64,000 bases of DNA from Thermincola ferriacetica (GTDB taxonomy: Bacteria > Bacillota > Thermincolia > Thermincolales > UBA2595). Below are positions 48,939 through 59,800 of the stretch, in pieces. A program made the position numbers and the translations under genes. Below the pieces are notes generated by a model. It made no database searches. It saw only the letters and a list, made by a program, of their open reading frames with translations, and had not been told where the DNA came from. The stretch covers positions 13,655 to 77,654 of the forward strand of contig JAENZJ010000015.1 in assembly GCA_016841325.1 (NCBI GenBank). The letters run 5' to 3'. How positions within the stretch are numbered: the stretch's first letter is position 1; each line of letters opens with the position of its first letter.

Positions 48939-49754
48939 TTACAGACCGGTATAAGCTTCGTCTATCACCCGGGCTGCCAAATCACTCAATTCTGCTGTAC
49001 CCCTTGGGACCTGTACATCATCCTTTAGCAGGTATGCCAGGTATTCAATATTCCCCTCAGGCCCCTTTACAGGCGAATAAGTCAGGCCTTCAATACTGAA
49101 ACCAATGGCTGTTGCCTTTTCCATCACTTTCACTATCACTCCCTGGTGCACCACAGGGTCTCTGACAACCCCTTTCCTGCCAACCTTATCGCGCCCTGCC
49201 TCAAACTGGGGCTTTATCAGGACTACTGCCTCACCGCCGGCAGGCAGCATTTCAGCTATTTTGGGAAGTACCAGCTCAAGTGAAATAAAGGCTACATCTG
49301 TTGTAACAATGTCCGGGGTTTCATCCAGAAGAGCTGTGTCGAAGTACCTGATATTATTGCGTTCAAAATTAACAACTCTGGGGTCCTGCCTGAGTTTCCA
49401 GTCCAACTGCCCATAGCCGACATCAATGGCATACACTTTGACTGCACCGTGTTTCAGGGCACAGTCTGTGAAACCACCGGTTGAGGCCCCGATATCAACT
49501 ACAGTTTTTCCTTTGAAGTTGACCCCAAAACAATTAATGGCCTTTTCCAGTTTCAGCCCTCCCCTGCTCACATAGGGATTGGCCGGGCCGGCAACTTCAA
49601 TAACAGCGCTGACAGGAATTTCTGTCCCTGCTTTATCTACCCGTTTCCCGTCAACAGTTATTAATCCTGCCATAATTGATGATTTGGCCTTTTCCCTTGA
49701 AGGGAAAAGGCCTCTTTCTGTCAGTAAAATATCCAGTCTCTTTTTGCCGGACAT
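48939..49754 (-). CDS. tlyA: TlyA family RNA methyltransferase
   Basis: S4 domain; YVSRGGLKLE, DIGASTGGFTD, DVGYGQL, LIKPQFE, GNIEYL. Confidence 0.96.
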   Translation of the reverse strand: MSGKKRLDILLTERGLFPSREKAKSSIMAGLITVDGKRVDKAGTEIPVSAVIEVAGPANPYVSRGGLKLEKAINCFGVNFKGKTVVDIGASTGGFTDCALKHGAVKVYAIDVGYGQLDWKLRQDPRVVNFERNNIRYFDTALLDETPDIVTTDVAFISLELVLPKIAEMLPAGGEAVVLIKPQFEAGRDKVGRKGVVRDPVVHQGVIVKVMEKATAIGFSIEGLTYSPVKGPEGNIEYLAYLLKDDVQVPRGTAELSDLAARVIDEAYTGL

Positions 49755-49776
49755 GGTAACACCTCGGTTTTATGTT

Positions 49777-51708
49777 CTATAATTGTGGCATGAGTTTTAT
49801 TTTAGCCTTCCTGCGCAGGTTTTTCCTGCCCCCTGGCAGCATAATTTGTGCCTCTTCTATGATATTGGATGCCGTTAAACCGCACTGTTCCCGTAAAATG
49901 TCCTGAGCTCCGTGGCTGATGAATCTGTCAGGGACTCCGATCCTTTTAACCGGAACCATAATACCGTTTGTCTCCAGCAATTCCAGGACAGCGCTGCCAA
50001 ATCCCCCCTGTAACACGTTTTCCTCAACGGTCAGGAGCCTGCCGGTATTGCTGATGCTTTTAAGCAGACATTCCTCATCAAGGGGCTTCACAAATCGGGC
50101 ATTGATAACTTCTGCACTTATTCCCAGTTCAGCCAGTAAATCTGCAGCCTGCATCGCCTCATGGACCATGGGGCCTACTGCCGCAATGGTGATGTCATTT
50201 CCTTTACGTACCAGTTCAGCCCTGCCAAAGGGAATTGTCCCAATATCCGTTAAATCATCAATCTTAACGCCAAACCCGTTACCCCGGGGATACCTTACCA
50301 CAACAGGTCCCTGATACTGTTCTATGGAAGCCAGCAGCATCTGTCGTAGTTCTGCCTCATCTTTGGGAGCCATAACCGTCAGCCCGGGTATATGTCTCAG
50401 GTAGGAAATGTCAAATACACCCTGGTGGGTTTCCCCGTCTTCTCCCACAAGGCCGGCCCGGTCTATGGCAAAGACCACATGCAAACCCTGCAGGGCAACA
50501 TCATGCAGGACCTGGTCATAAGCCCTCTGCAGGAAAGTTGAGTATATAGCCACGACAGGTATGTAACCCGATACGGCAAGACCGGCAGCAAGAGTTACGG
50601 CATGCTGCTCTGCGATACCGACATCATAAAATCGCTCCGAAAAGCGTTCCCTAAATTCTGTCAGGCCCGTACCCGTCGGCATAGCTGCGGTAATCGCAAG
50701 TACTTTTTCGTTGGCAGCCGCAATCTGGCAAAGGGTTTCACCAAATACTTCGGTATAGGTTATCTTTTGTTTTTTTTCAGTATTACCCGTTTTCACATCA
50801 AATGGGCCTATTCCGTGAAATTTATCGGGATTTTCCTCGGCAGGTTTATACCCCTTACCTTTTCGGGTAATAACGTGTACCAGGACAGGTCCGTGGCTCT
50901 TACGGGCACGTTCCAGTACTGTCCTGATAAGGGAAATATCGTGTCCGTTGATAGGTCCCAGGTACGTAAAGCCAAGTTCTTCAAACAGCATCCCCGGAAC
51001 AACCAGGTATTTGAAGCTGTCTTTGATTCTCTCAATAGCCTTCACAACAGTGGGGCCTATTGAGGGAATCTTTTTGAGGAGGAGTTCCATTTCTTCTTTA
51101 TGTTTATAATATTTTGGATCTGTCCTCATCCGGCTAAGGTATCCTGCCAGAGCACCTACGTTTTCGGAAATTGACATCTCGTTATCATTAAGGATTACTA
51201 TTAGGTTACTTCCAACATGTCCGGCATGGTTCATAGCCTCAAAAGCCATCCCGCCGGTCATGGCCCCATCTCCGATTACAGCAATTACATGATTTTTTTC
51301 ACCTTTAAGGTCTCTGGCAATAGCCATTCCCAGGGCAGCTGAGATAGAGGTACTGCTGTGCCCTGTGTCAAATGGGTCACAATGTGATTCCGCCCTTTTG
51401 GGGAAACCGCTGATCCCGCTATACTGCCTCAAAGTGGCAAACCCTTCACGCCTGCCTGTAAGTATTTTGTGGATGTAAGACTGGTGGCCGACATCCCAGA
51501 TAATTTTATCATTGGGACAATCAAAAATACTGTGCAGGGCAATAGTTAATTCAACGACCCCAAGGTTAGGCGCGATATGCCCCCCGGTCTCAGCAACTGT
51601 TTCAATGAGCAGCCCCCTGATCTCTTCTGCCAGCTTGTACAACTGTTCTAAAGAAAAATTCTTCAGGTCAGCAGGGGATTTTATCTTATTCAGTATAGGG
51701 GTATCCAT
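49777..51708 (-). CDS. dxs: 1-deoxy-D-xylulose-5-phosphate synthase
   Basis: [54 protein letters not shown]. Confidence 0.97.
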   Translation of the reverse strand: MDTPILNKIKSPADLKNFSLEQLYKLAEEIRGLLIETVAETGGHIAPNLGVVELTIALHSIFDCPNDKIIWDVGHQSYIHKILTGRREGFATLRQYSGISGFPKRAESHCDPFDTGHSSTSISAALGMAIARDLKGEKNHVIAVIGDGAMTGGMAFEAMNHAGHVGSNLIVILNDNEMSISENVGALAGYLSRMRTDPKYYKHKEEMELLLKKIPSIGPTVVKAIERIKDSFKYLVVPGMLFEELGFTYLGPINGHDISLIRTVLERARKSHGPVLVHVITRKGKGYKPAEENPDKFHGIGPFDVKTGNTEKKQKITYTEVFGETLCQIAAANEKVLAITAAMPTGTGLTEFRERFSERFYDVGIAEQHAVTLAAGLAVSGYIPVVAIYSTFLQRAYDQVLHDVALQGLHVVFAIDRAGLVGEDGETHQGVFDISYLRHIPGLTVMAPKDEAELRQMLLASIEQYQGPVVVRYPRGNGFGVKIDDLTDIGTIPFGRAELVRKGNDITIAAVGPMVHEAMQAADLLAELGISAEVINARFVKPLDEECLLKSISNTGRLLTVEENVLQGGFGSAVLELLETNGIMVPVKRIGVPDRFISHGAQDILREQCGLTASNIIEEAQIMLPGGRKNLRRKAKIKLMPQL

Positions 51709-51713
51709 CAGTT

Positions 51714-52301
51714 TCACCTTCTTCTGTCTTTACGCCGGTTTAATGCAAACAGGTTCCTTCCTGTCAATGTTTCAAACCAGGCAAGGATACGTCCGACTGT
51801 ACCCACAATATGCTGTGATTCCTGTATCGCTTTGTTTTTGGCAAGAGCTTTGCCTCCAACTGTAAGTGAAGCCACTATTCCGGTCATCACCATTGTCAGG
51901 ATGGATTCATCCCAGGACGGCCTCCGGTTAGCCAACTGAAATACGATAGCCACACCAAAAACACCACTGACCGTACCACAGATATCCCCCACAACATCAT
52001 TACAAATTGTGGCAACCTTAGCTGCATTACGTATCAGCAGGATGGACTGCCCCGCGCCTTTCAGTTTCTTGGATGCCTTGGCATGAAACCATTTTTCATC
52101 GGCAACCGCTACTGCAAGACCAATCATATCAAATATTATTCCAATAAAGATGATAATTAACAGGGATAGAAAAGAGAGTATAATTATCTGGAGCTTTGGT
52201 AACACTATTTCAGAAAAAAAGCTAAAAAAAACAGCCACTAAAAACGCCGAGGTTCCTGTAAGTACTGCAAATTTGACGGAACCAGGCTTATTATTACCCA
52301 A
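51714..52301 (-). CDS. oapA: OLE-associated protein A (DUF21/CNNM-like membrane protein)
   Basis: 195 aa with 3-4 [34 protein letters not shown]; between the long ncRNA and dxs, the canonical oapA position. Confidence 0.85.
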   Translation of the reverse strand: MGNNKPGSVKFAVLTGTSAFLVAVFFSFFSEIVLPKLQIIILSFLSLLIIIFIGIIFDMIGLAVAVADEKWFHAKASKKLKGAGQSILLIRNAAKVATICNDVVGDICGTVSGVFGVAIVFQLANRRPSWDESILTMVMTGIVASLTVGGKALAKNKAIQESQHIVGTVGRILAWFETLTGRNLFALNRRKDRRR

Positions 52302-52352
52302 ATAGTTTCACCTCATACCAATATTGGCATCATGCGAATTTTTATGTAAATG

Positions 52353-52956
52353 GTAGGTGGCAGCATGACAAGTAAATGTTGTGGCTTAAGGTCCAGCTGG
52401 TTTTCCCATTCATCTCCGTCGCGTTACCGCTCCGGCGGTTTCCCTTTATGATGAATCCGTAGCGTCGCCGCTTACGGGGCTAGATTACCACTTAGACCAC
52501 ACTTTAATCCCTGTCATGCCTTAGTAAACCTAAACAGCCTAGGAGTTTTCCTCAACAGGACTGGGAACACTTCTAGCCTCTTTTGCAGTGATGGTTTCAT
52601 ACAGCGGTCCTGTCGAAAGCGGGCCCGCATTCAACAGCTCCGATAACCCATAATCCACCAGCACCACTCAAGGCAGGCTACACTGCTTTAGACACCTTAC
52701 CGCAGTAAAGCATCATATACACAGGTTTCTCCCGGGAAGTTTCCGTTATTTACAGACCGGTATGCTTCCCGGGCCTCCACGGAGGCTGGGTCAACGCCTA
52801 CATGCCTTTGTAGATCGCCCTTCCCCCTTACTCCCAGAACCGACCCCCAACTGGGCGTCAGCAGCCGGAACCAGGAACTTCATCGATATGCCCTTTGACG
52901 GATTTTTAGGCCCGCCTTCAAAGTGGCAGTCCTGACTAGGATACTGCGCCACCTAC
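52353..52956 (-). ncRNA. ole: OLE RNA (ornate, large, extremophilic)
   Basis: About 604 nt with no credible ORF, closed by a 9-bp terminal stem (5' GUAGGUGGC 52956-52948 / 3' GCCACCUAC 52361-52353); many internal stems; canonical ispA-ole-oapA-dxs-tlyA-nadK-argR-recN synteny. Confidence 0.9.
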
Positions 52957-52978
52957 ATTGTGTTTTCATTAAAATAGA

Positions 52979-53007
52979 ATTATATCATGAAAAAAGTCAT
53001 TATTCAA
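52979..53007 (-). promoter_or_regulatory. SigmaA promoter directly upstream of OLE RNA
   Basis: TTGAAT (53007-53002), 17 nt spacer, TATAAT (52984-52979). Confidence 0.75.
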
Positions 53008-53013
53008 TACTTT

Positions 53014-53457
53014 TTATATTATTAAGGCAACACTTAGACCCAAAGCCGCTCCTGCAATAACCTCAACAGGAGTATGACCGAGTATTTCTCTTAACTTAAC
53101 CGGAGTGATAGCGCTCCCGCTGTATAAATCGTGCAGCAGTTCATTGAGGATCTGCGCCTGGACACCAACAGCCTGCCGTACACCGGCAGCATCATACATC
53201 ACCACCAGAGCCATAACAGCTGCCAGAGCAAAAACACCGGAGTCAAAACCATTCTGTTTGCCCACACCAACCGAGACTGAAGTAACAAAAGCCGCATGAC
53301 TGCTGGGCATACCACCGCTTTTTACCAGGCGGGTCAGATTAATTTCGCCGTCAGTGATAATTCCCAGGACAAATTTTATCACCTGGGCCAGCAGCCATGA
53401 AAGCATTGCCGCTAAAAATGCCGCATTGTTTGCTATTTCGTGTATAGCTGCACCCAC
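53014..53457 (-). CDS. Divergent PAP2 family protein (YuiD-like)
   Basis: AQVIK, SGGMPSSH, VVMYDAAGVR, GHTPVEV. Confidence 0.9.
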   Translation of the reverse strand: MGAAIHEIANNAAFLAAMLSWLLAQVIKFVLGIITDGEINLTRLVKSGGMPSSHAAFVTSVSVGVGKQNGFDSGVFALAAVMALVVMYDAAGVRQAVGVQAQILNELLHDLYSGSAITPVKLREILGHTPVEVIAGAALGLSVALII

Positions 53458-53479
53458 TGGTTCCCTCCGTTATCTGCAG

Positions 53480-54379
53480 TCAGTTTTCCCTTTCCAGGAG
53501 GTAGTCTGCAATGTACCTCAGCAAATCTGCTTCAGAGCCAAAAATATCCAACGCCTCCCGGGCCCTGCCCACTGCATTGCCGGCCAGCCGTTTGGACTCC
53601 TCAAGCCCATATACTGATGGGTAAGTCGCTTTCATGAGCCTTTCATCACTTCCGACTGATTTTCCCAGCTTACCTGAATCCCCTTCAACATCCAGGACAT
53701 CGTCGGTAATCTGAAACGCCAGTCCCAGGTTTTCGGCATACCGGGTCAGGGCACCCAACTGATCAGCGCTGCCCCCACCCAGAAGGGCTCCGGCACGGAC
53801 ACAGGCCCTAAACAGGGCTCCGGTTTTATGTGAATGAATGTAATCCAAAACCTGTTTATTGATTACCTGATTTTCGGAGTTAATATCGACTACCTGTCCA
53901 CCTATCATCCCAAAAGGCCCTGCCGCCAGGGATAATTCCTTAATTACCTGGATAACCGTTTCCGGAGAGATGTTCCCCGAATCTGCACACTCCGTGATTA
54001 AGCAAAAGGCATGGGTCAGCAACCCGTCACCGGCCAATATGGCCATGGCTTCGCCAAAAACCCTGTGATTGGTAGGCAGCCCCCGCCTGAAATCATCGTT
54101 ATCCATGGCAGGCAGGTCATCATGAATCAGTGAATAAGTATGGACCATTTCAAAGGCGGAAGCGGCCGGCAGCAGCATGGCGGGATCTCCCCCCACAGCT
54201 TCTGCCGATGCCAGCAGCAGAACCGGCCTGATCCTCTTCCCTCCGGCAAATATACTGTATCTCATTGCCTGGTTAAGTGTTTCCGGTACTGCTGTGCTTT
54301 TAGACAGGTAATGGTCCAGGGACTGGTCAATTAACCTGACTTTATCATTTATTTCCCTCCTGAGGGTATCTTTATTCAT
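53480..54379 (-). CDS. ispA: Farnesyl-diphosphate synthase (geranyltranstransferase)
   Basis: GGKRIRP, HTYSLIHDDLPAMDNDDFRRG, GQVVD, FQITDDVLD. Confidence 0.96.
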   Translation of the reverse strand: MNKDTLRREINDKVRLIDQSLDHYLSKSTAVPETLNQAMRYSIFAGGKRIRPVLLLASAEAVGGDPAMLLPAASAFEMVHTYSLIHDDLPAMDNDDFRRGLPTNHRVFGEAMAILAGDGLLTHAFCLITECADSGNISPETVIQVIKELSLAAGPFGMIGGQVVDINSENQVINKQVLDYIHSHKTGALFRACVRAGALLGGGSADQLGALTRYAENLGLAFQITDDVLDVEGDSGKLGKSVGSDERLMKATYPSVYGLEESKRLAGNAVGRAREALDIFGSEADLLRYIADYLLEREN

Positions 54380-54629
54380 CCTTTTCCTCCATAATACCTG
54401 CTGGCTTCAGGACCATGTCCCCGTTCTCCCGGCAGAGCAGCATTTCAATTCTCTTTTCTGCCTGTTCCAGTTTTTTACTGCATATCCTTGACAGGGAAAT
54501 TCCTTTTTCAAACCTGGCCAATGCCTCTTCCAGGTCCAGGTTGCCTTCCTCCATAAGCCTGACTATGTTTTCAAGCTCATTCAGGGCTTCTTCAAAGGTA
54601 GGTTCAGTATTTGACTTATCTATGGCCAT
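54372..54629 (-). CDS. xseB: Exodeoxyribonuclease VII small subunit
   Basis: TFEEALNELENIV, LEEAL..FEKG, L..AE. Confidence 0.95.
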   Translation of the reverse strand: MAIDKSNTEPTFEEALNELENIVRLMEEGNLDLEEALARFEKGISLSRICSKKLEQAEKRIEMLLCRENGDMVLKPAGIMEEKDE

Positions 54630-55830
54630 AAGCACCCTCCTTAATGTTATTTACAATACAGTCGGCCGAACCATCGGCCACAATTACCTCAAGGGTATCT
54701 CCCGCCCTCATTTCTTTGATACTCTTAATAACTTTTCCCTTATTGTCCCGGCAAATACTGTATCCCCTTTTCATAGTAGCCAGCGGACTCATGTCATCAA
54801 GCCGGGAAACCTGAAGGGCCAGACATGACTTCTTTTCAGTTAGTTTCAGTTTAGCCGCCTGAGCCATTCTCCTGGTCAGGTGGTCCAGGTCCTGCATCAG
54901 CCGGTACAGCCTGTCCTGGGGCCTCTTCATAGCCGGACTTCCGGTCAGGGAATTCACCCTCTCGCTGTATTTGTGGATAATGCCCTTCATGCCAAGAACC
55001 ATCCTCTGCTCCAGGGTGTCTATATTTTTTTGAATATCCCTGAAATCAGGAACTACAATCTCTGCAGCTGCAGAGGGGGTAGGTGCCCTCATATCGGCAA
55101 CAAAATCAGCAATAGTAAAATCTGTCTCATGTCCCACCGCAGATACCACCGGTATATTGCTGGCAAATATACTCCGGGCTACCACTTCGGTATTGAAGGC
55201 CCACAGCTCCTCTATAGACCCGCCTCCCCGGCCTACTATAAGGACATCAAGGTTTTTCATCTCGTTTGCCAGGCGAATACCCTCACATATCTGCCCAGGG
55301 GCCTCATCTCCCTGCACCGCAACCGGAATGATAATAATATGGGCCTGGGGATATCTGCGGTGAATAACAGTCACAATATCCCTCACAGCAGCTCCGGTCT
55401 GTGAAGTGATCACACCTATCCGCTGTGGGAATCTGGGCAGGGGGCGTTTCCGGCCAGGTTCAAACAACCCTTCCTTTTCCAGTTTCTCTTTTAACTGCAG
55501 GTAAGCTACATGCAGTGTCCCGACACCCTGCTGGTGCATTTCTTCAACATAGAGCTGATAAATACCGTCTCTCTCATATACCGAAACATAACCCTTAGCT
55601 ATTACTGCCATACCTTCTTTGGGTTCAAAAAACAGGCTGTTATTCCTGCTCCTGAACATTACCGCCCTGATGGCTCCGGTCTTGTCCTTCAGGGTAAAAT
55701 ACATATGCCCTGATGAGTGGTGTTTAAAATTTGAAATTTCCCCCCTGACCCAGAGATTGCCAAGTAACAAGTCTGAATCAAGTTTTTCCTTAATATAACC
55801 GTTCAGATTGCTTACGGAAATGATTTTCAC
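54616..55830 (-). CDS. xseA: Exodeoxyribonuclease VII large subunit
   Basis: GEISN, SGHMYFTLKD, GRGGGSIEELWAFN, SAVGHETD, RAPTPSAAAE. Confidence 0.97.
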   Translation of the reverse strand: MKIISVSNLNGYIKEKLDSDLLLGNLWVRGEISNFKHHSSGHMYFTLKDKTGAIRAVMFRSRNNSLFFEPKEGMAVIAKGYVSVYERDGIYQLYVEEMHQQGVGTLHVAYLQLKEKLEKEGLFEPGRKRPLPRFPQRIGVITSQTGAAVRDIVTVIHRRYPQAHIIIIPVAVQGDEAPGQICEGIRLANEMKNLDVLIVGRGGGSIEELWAFNTEVVARSIFASNIPVVSAVGHETDFTIADFVADMRAPTPSAAAEIVVPDFRDIQKNIDTLEQRMVLGMKGIIHKYSERVNSLTGSPAMKRPQDRLYRLMQDLDHLTRRMAQAAKLKLTEKKSCLALQVSRLDDMSPLATMKRGYSICRDNKGKVIKSIKEMRAGDTLEVIVADGSADCIVNNIKEGAYGHR

Positions 55831-55974
55831 GGTAATTCAGCGCCTTTCTGTATGATACCACTAATTATACCATAACAAAACCAGGGGATTCCAGTACCTC
55901 AAAATCTCCCTGCACAAGAATCGTTAAAGGGCAAAACAAAGGTGTGGTTTCCCACACCAGTGATAATTTGCTGT

Positions 55975-56730
55975 TTACAGCATCTTGCGGTATTCTTTTT
56001 GTATGGTTTCCCTGAGCAGTTCTGCAACCTGTGCTGCTCCGGTCATTTGGCTATACGGAATAGTCAGCTTCACATATCGTTCATCGAGGTCAAGGTCGTC
56101 CAGAAATCCCCCCAGGATCCCCCTGTTTTTCTTGTCAATCTGCATCATCACAACAAGCTCGTGTTCACCTGCAGACGGATAAAGCTCAATTTCATCCAGC
56201 TCTCTGGCCATAAAGGAAGTGGGCTTATATTCAAACTCCTGATAACGGCCGTTGTAATCTCCTGACCGGTGCTTCTCTCTAAATCCAAGGGCATCAACAG
56301 CATCAAAGAGCATCTTCAGGTATTTATTGGGAAGAATCCTGATATCATCATGGTCTGTAGGATCAATGGCCTTTTCGATATCCAGCCCGGTTTGCAAATA
56401 ATACCTTGTCCTTCCTTTCGATACCGGCAGGTTGTTTGAAATTTTGAAAATTACGGGAATCTCTTCTTCCTGACCCGGCTTCAGCAGCATTTTGTCTGCT
56501 GCCGTAACCGTAGCAATATTCTTCCTGACATGCTTTGTTTCGTCACCACTACCGTAAGCTGAGGTTAGGACCAGGTTGATATATATCTTATCAATCTCCT
56601 GCTCCACATTACCACCTCTGAGTTTGACCACACCTTCAAGAACACCTCCCAGTTCGACCTGCGGCCTCGCTACCTCAAGGTCCACCGCAGCCGAACCAAT
56701 GCCAATACTTGCAAGGATTTTTTTAAACAC
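55975..56730 (-). CDS. spo0M: Sporulation-control protein Spo0M family
   Basis: MFKKILASIGIGSAAVD, GGNVEQEI, TGLDIEKAIDPTDHD, QEFEY.P, LDEIEL. Confidence 0.88.
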   Translation of the reverse strand: MFKKILASIGIGSAAVDLEVARPQVELGGVLEGVVKLRGGNVEQEIDKIYINLVLTSAYGSGDETKHVRKNIATVTAADKMLLKPGQEEEIPVIFKISNNLPVSKGRTRYYLQTGLDIEKAIDPTDHDDIRILPNKYLKMLFDAVDALGFREKHRSGDYNGRYQEFEYKPTSFMARELDEIELYPSAGEHELVVMMQIDKKNRGILGGFLDDLDLDERYVKLTIPYSQMTGAAQVAELLRETIQKEYRKML

Positions 56731-56817
56731 TTCGGCACCTCCGTATCATCTTTAATTTGGTTATCCTTTTACGGCTGATTACACCTATATTCTATTATAT
56801 CTTTTATATAGGATAAT

Positions 56818-59800
56818 TTAAATACTCACCTGAAAAGCTGTCATCTTTTGCAGCAGTTTTTCTGTCTCAGCAGCAGGTGCAGGCTTACTAAAGAGGTACC
56901 CCTGCATTTCGTAACATTCCTGCTGTTCAAAAAAGGCCAACTGCTCTTCATTTTCAACCCCTTCAATAATCACATTGAGCTTAAGGTTCTGGGCCATAAC
57001 TATGATTGTGGCTACAATAGCGGCATCCTCAAGATCTGTAAGCACATCATGCACAAACGACCGGTCAATCTTAAGAGTGGTCAGGGGAAATTTTCGCAGG
57101 TAACCAAGTGATGAATAGCCTGTCCCGAAATCATCCATAGCAATTCTGATTCCCATATCCCTTAGTCTTTTCATCATAATCAGGCTGAATTCCACATCCT
57201 GCATTGCAGTACTTTCTGTTATTTCAAGTTCCAGCCACCTGGGTTCCAGACCGGTTTCCCGAAGTATAGATACTATCATATCCACCAGGTTTTTCTGTCT
57301 GAACTGGTATGCCGACAGGTTTACTGCCATCCTGACCGGTGGATAGCCGGCATCCTGCCAGGCCTTATTCTGGGCGCAGGCAGTTTTCAGGACCCATTCA
57401 CCTATCGGTATGACCAGTCCCGTATCTTCGGCGACATTGATGAATTCTATGGGCAGGATAACTCCCTTTTCCGGGTGGTTCCACCTTATAAGAGCCTCAA
57501 ACCCGACAATCAGGCCCTTTGCGATATTGACCTGCGGCTGGTAGTATATCTGGAGTTCACCGTTTTCCATAGCCTTTCGCAAAGCCACCTCAATTTCCAT
57601 GCGCCTGATATTCTTAATATTCATGGAAGGTGTGTAAAACTGGTAGTTATCCCCCTGTTCCTTGGCCCGGTACATTGCCGTATCCGCATTCTTGGTGAGG
57701 GTTTCGGCATCTTCCCCGTCATTTGGGTAAAGTACTATTCCTACACTTACTGTAATCTGAAACTCATAACCATTAATATGCCACGGTTTTTTCAGTTCAC
57801 CTATAATTTTTTGGGCAACCTTGGCCGCATCTTCCTCCCTGTTTATATCTGGCAGCAAAATGGTAAACTCATCACCACCGATACGGGCAACAGTATCATT
57901 TGACCTGACACAGGCCTGCAACTGCCTGCCTACCTTTTTCAAGAGCTGGTCTCCCATTGCATGCCCCATCATATCATTGACCATTTTAAACCGATCCAGG
58001 TCAATAAACATCATGGCGAGCATTTGTTTGTTTCTCTTAGCATTTGCCAAAGCAACAGTCAGACGGTCGAAAAACAGTATCCTGTTGGGGAGGTCTGTAA
58101 GGGGATCGTGATATGCCAGGTGGTTGATGGTCTCTTCTGCCTTTTTCCGGTCCGTCACGTCCCGAATAATCCCAAGGAGCACTTTTTCATTACCCAGTTC
58201 CGTTGCCTGCAGGCTCACCTCAACAGGCATGGTTCTGCCATTCCTGAGTTGGTGTATTGTTTCATAAAGCAGGCCTTTTCTCTCAACCTGGTCAATCTGT
58301 ACCGCAAACAGCGATTTTGTCTGCGGCGCCCGCAGGTCCGAAACATTCATTGCCAGCAGCTGCTCTCTGGAGTAACCATAGGTATTAACCGCTGCAGTGT
58401 TGGCTTCCAGTATTTTGCCATCGGGGCGGAAAAATAGAATAATATCACTGGCATGTTCAAACAACAGCTGATATCTATTCAATACCTCTTCCGCCCGGAT
58501 CCGTTCTGTAATATCTTCACCAAAACAGCTTAGGCCGATAATCTCCTCATTCACGTCCCTTAATAGGGTTGAATTCCATGAAACTGTCCTTAACTCTCCT
58601 GACTTGGTCTGGATTACAGCAACCTTGTGCAGGGCATCGGGGCCGGCATTCCCGGCAAACAAACTCAAAAACCCTTCCCGCAACTTGTTCCTGGTAGTTT
58701 CCGGAATAAAGGTTTCAAACCAACAGGTCCCAAGAATTTCTTCACGCCGCCACCCGGTAAGTTCAAGCAAAAAATCATTACAAAATGTTATATTTCCCTT
58801 CCTGTCCAGTGTTACTGTCAACAGTCTCACATTTTCAAGAATCTCCCGGAAGCGCCGTTCCGATTTTCTCAACTCCTCTTCAGCCTGCCTTCGCCTCGTA
58901 ATGTCCCGGGCTATCCCTTCAAATCCCACCAGGCAACCTCTTTCGTCATAAAAAGGCACCGTATGGTGTTCAGTCCAGACGATATTCCCGTCTTTTCTGA
59001 AAGTACGCATGATTGCAGTTTTCCCCTGTTCGTCCGTGAGAACCGGGAGTTTTTTTAAAATATCCAGGTCATCAGCATGGGTTATTTTTTGCAGCAGTTC
59101 CGGGTCTGCATAATGTTCTTCCGGAGTGTAACCCGTAATATCTGCAGCAGCCGGATTGACATATTCATAACCGCGGTTGGGTACCAACCGGTAACGATAA
59201 ATTATGTCCTGGGCATTTTCAGCCAGTCTGCGGAATCTTGCTTCACCGGAAGATAATACTGCCCTCATCTTTTCAAGATATACCAGCAGAATACCCATAG
59301 CAACAAAAAACTCCAGAATCGCTGCAATAAGGTATCCCCAGGGCGCAAACCCGGGTATCATGCCGATAAAGGGGTAGTTTAGCTTATGCAATCCCCAGGC
59401 AGCAAATCCCCATCCGGCAAACATCTTGCCCAGGCCCTCAAGGTCCCTGGACCGGAGAATTATTAAACCTGTCCATGTATACACAAACCCCAGCAATAAA
59501 AATGTCGGTAAATTCAGGATATGCCACGGAATATCCATGGTTAATCCGGCAGCTATCCATAACCCGTCACCCATAAAAACGTAAAGGAGCCACCTGGGTT
59601 GCTGTTTCCCCAGAAATGAATAGGTTCCCCACATCAGCAGCAAACCACTTGCCAGGTTGGCAACCTGCTGCCCGGCAATAAACAACGACTCACCTGTTCC
59701 GGAATTCACTAACAGTTCGAAAAAAAAGCGCAATAAGTAAAAGGTCCAGCTGATTGCCCAGATTTTCATGAAACGCTCATGATACCGGACAAAAAGATAC

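Noticed and set aside
52353-52956. RNase P RNA, tmRNA or 6S RNA as the identity of the long ncRNA (a GAGGAAAACUCC motif near 52541-52553 resembles the RNase P GAGGAAAGUCC)
   Set aside because: The 3' RNase P P4 partner and the tRNA-like ends of tmRNA were not found, and the length (~604 nt) and synteny with oapA fit OLE.
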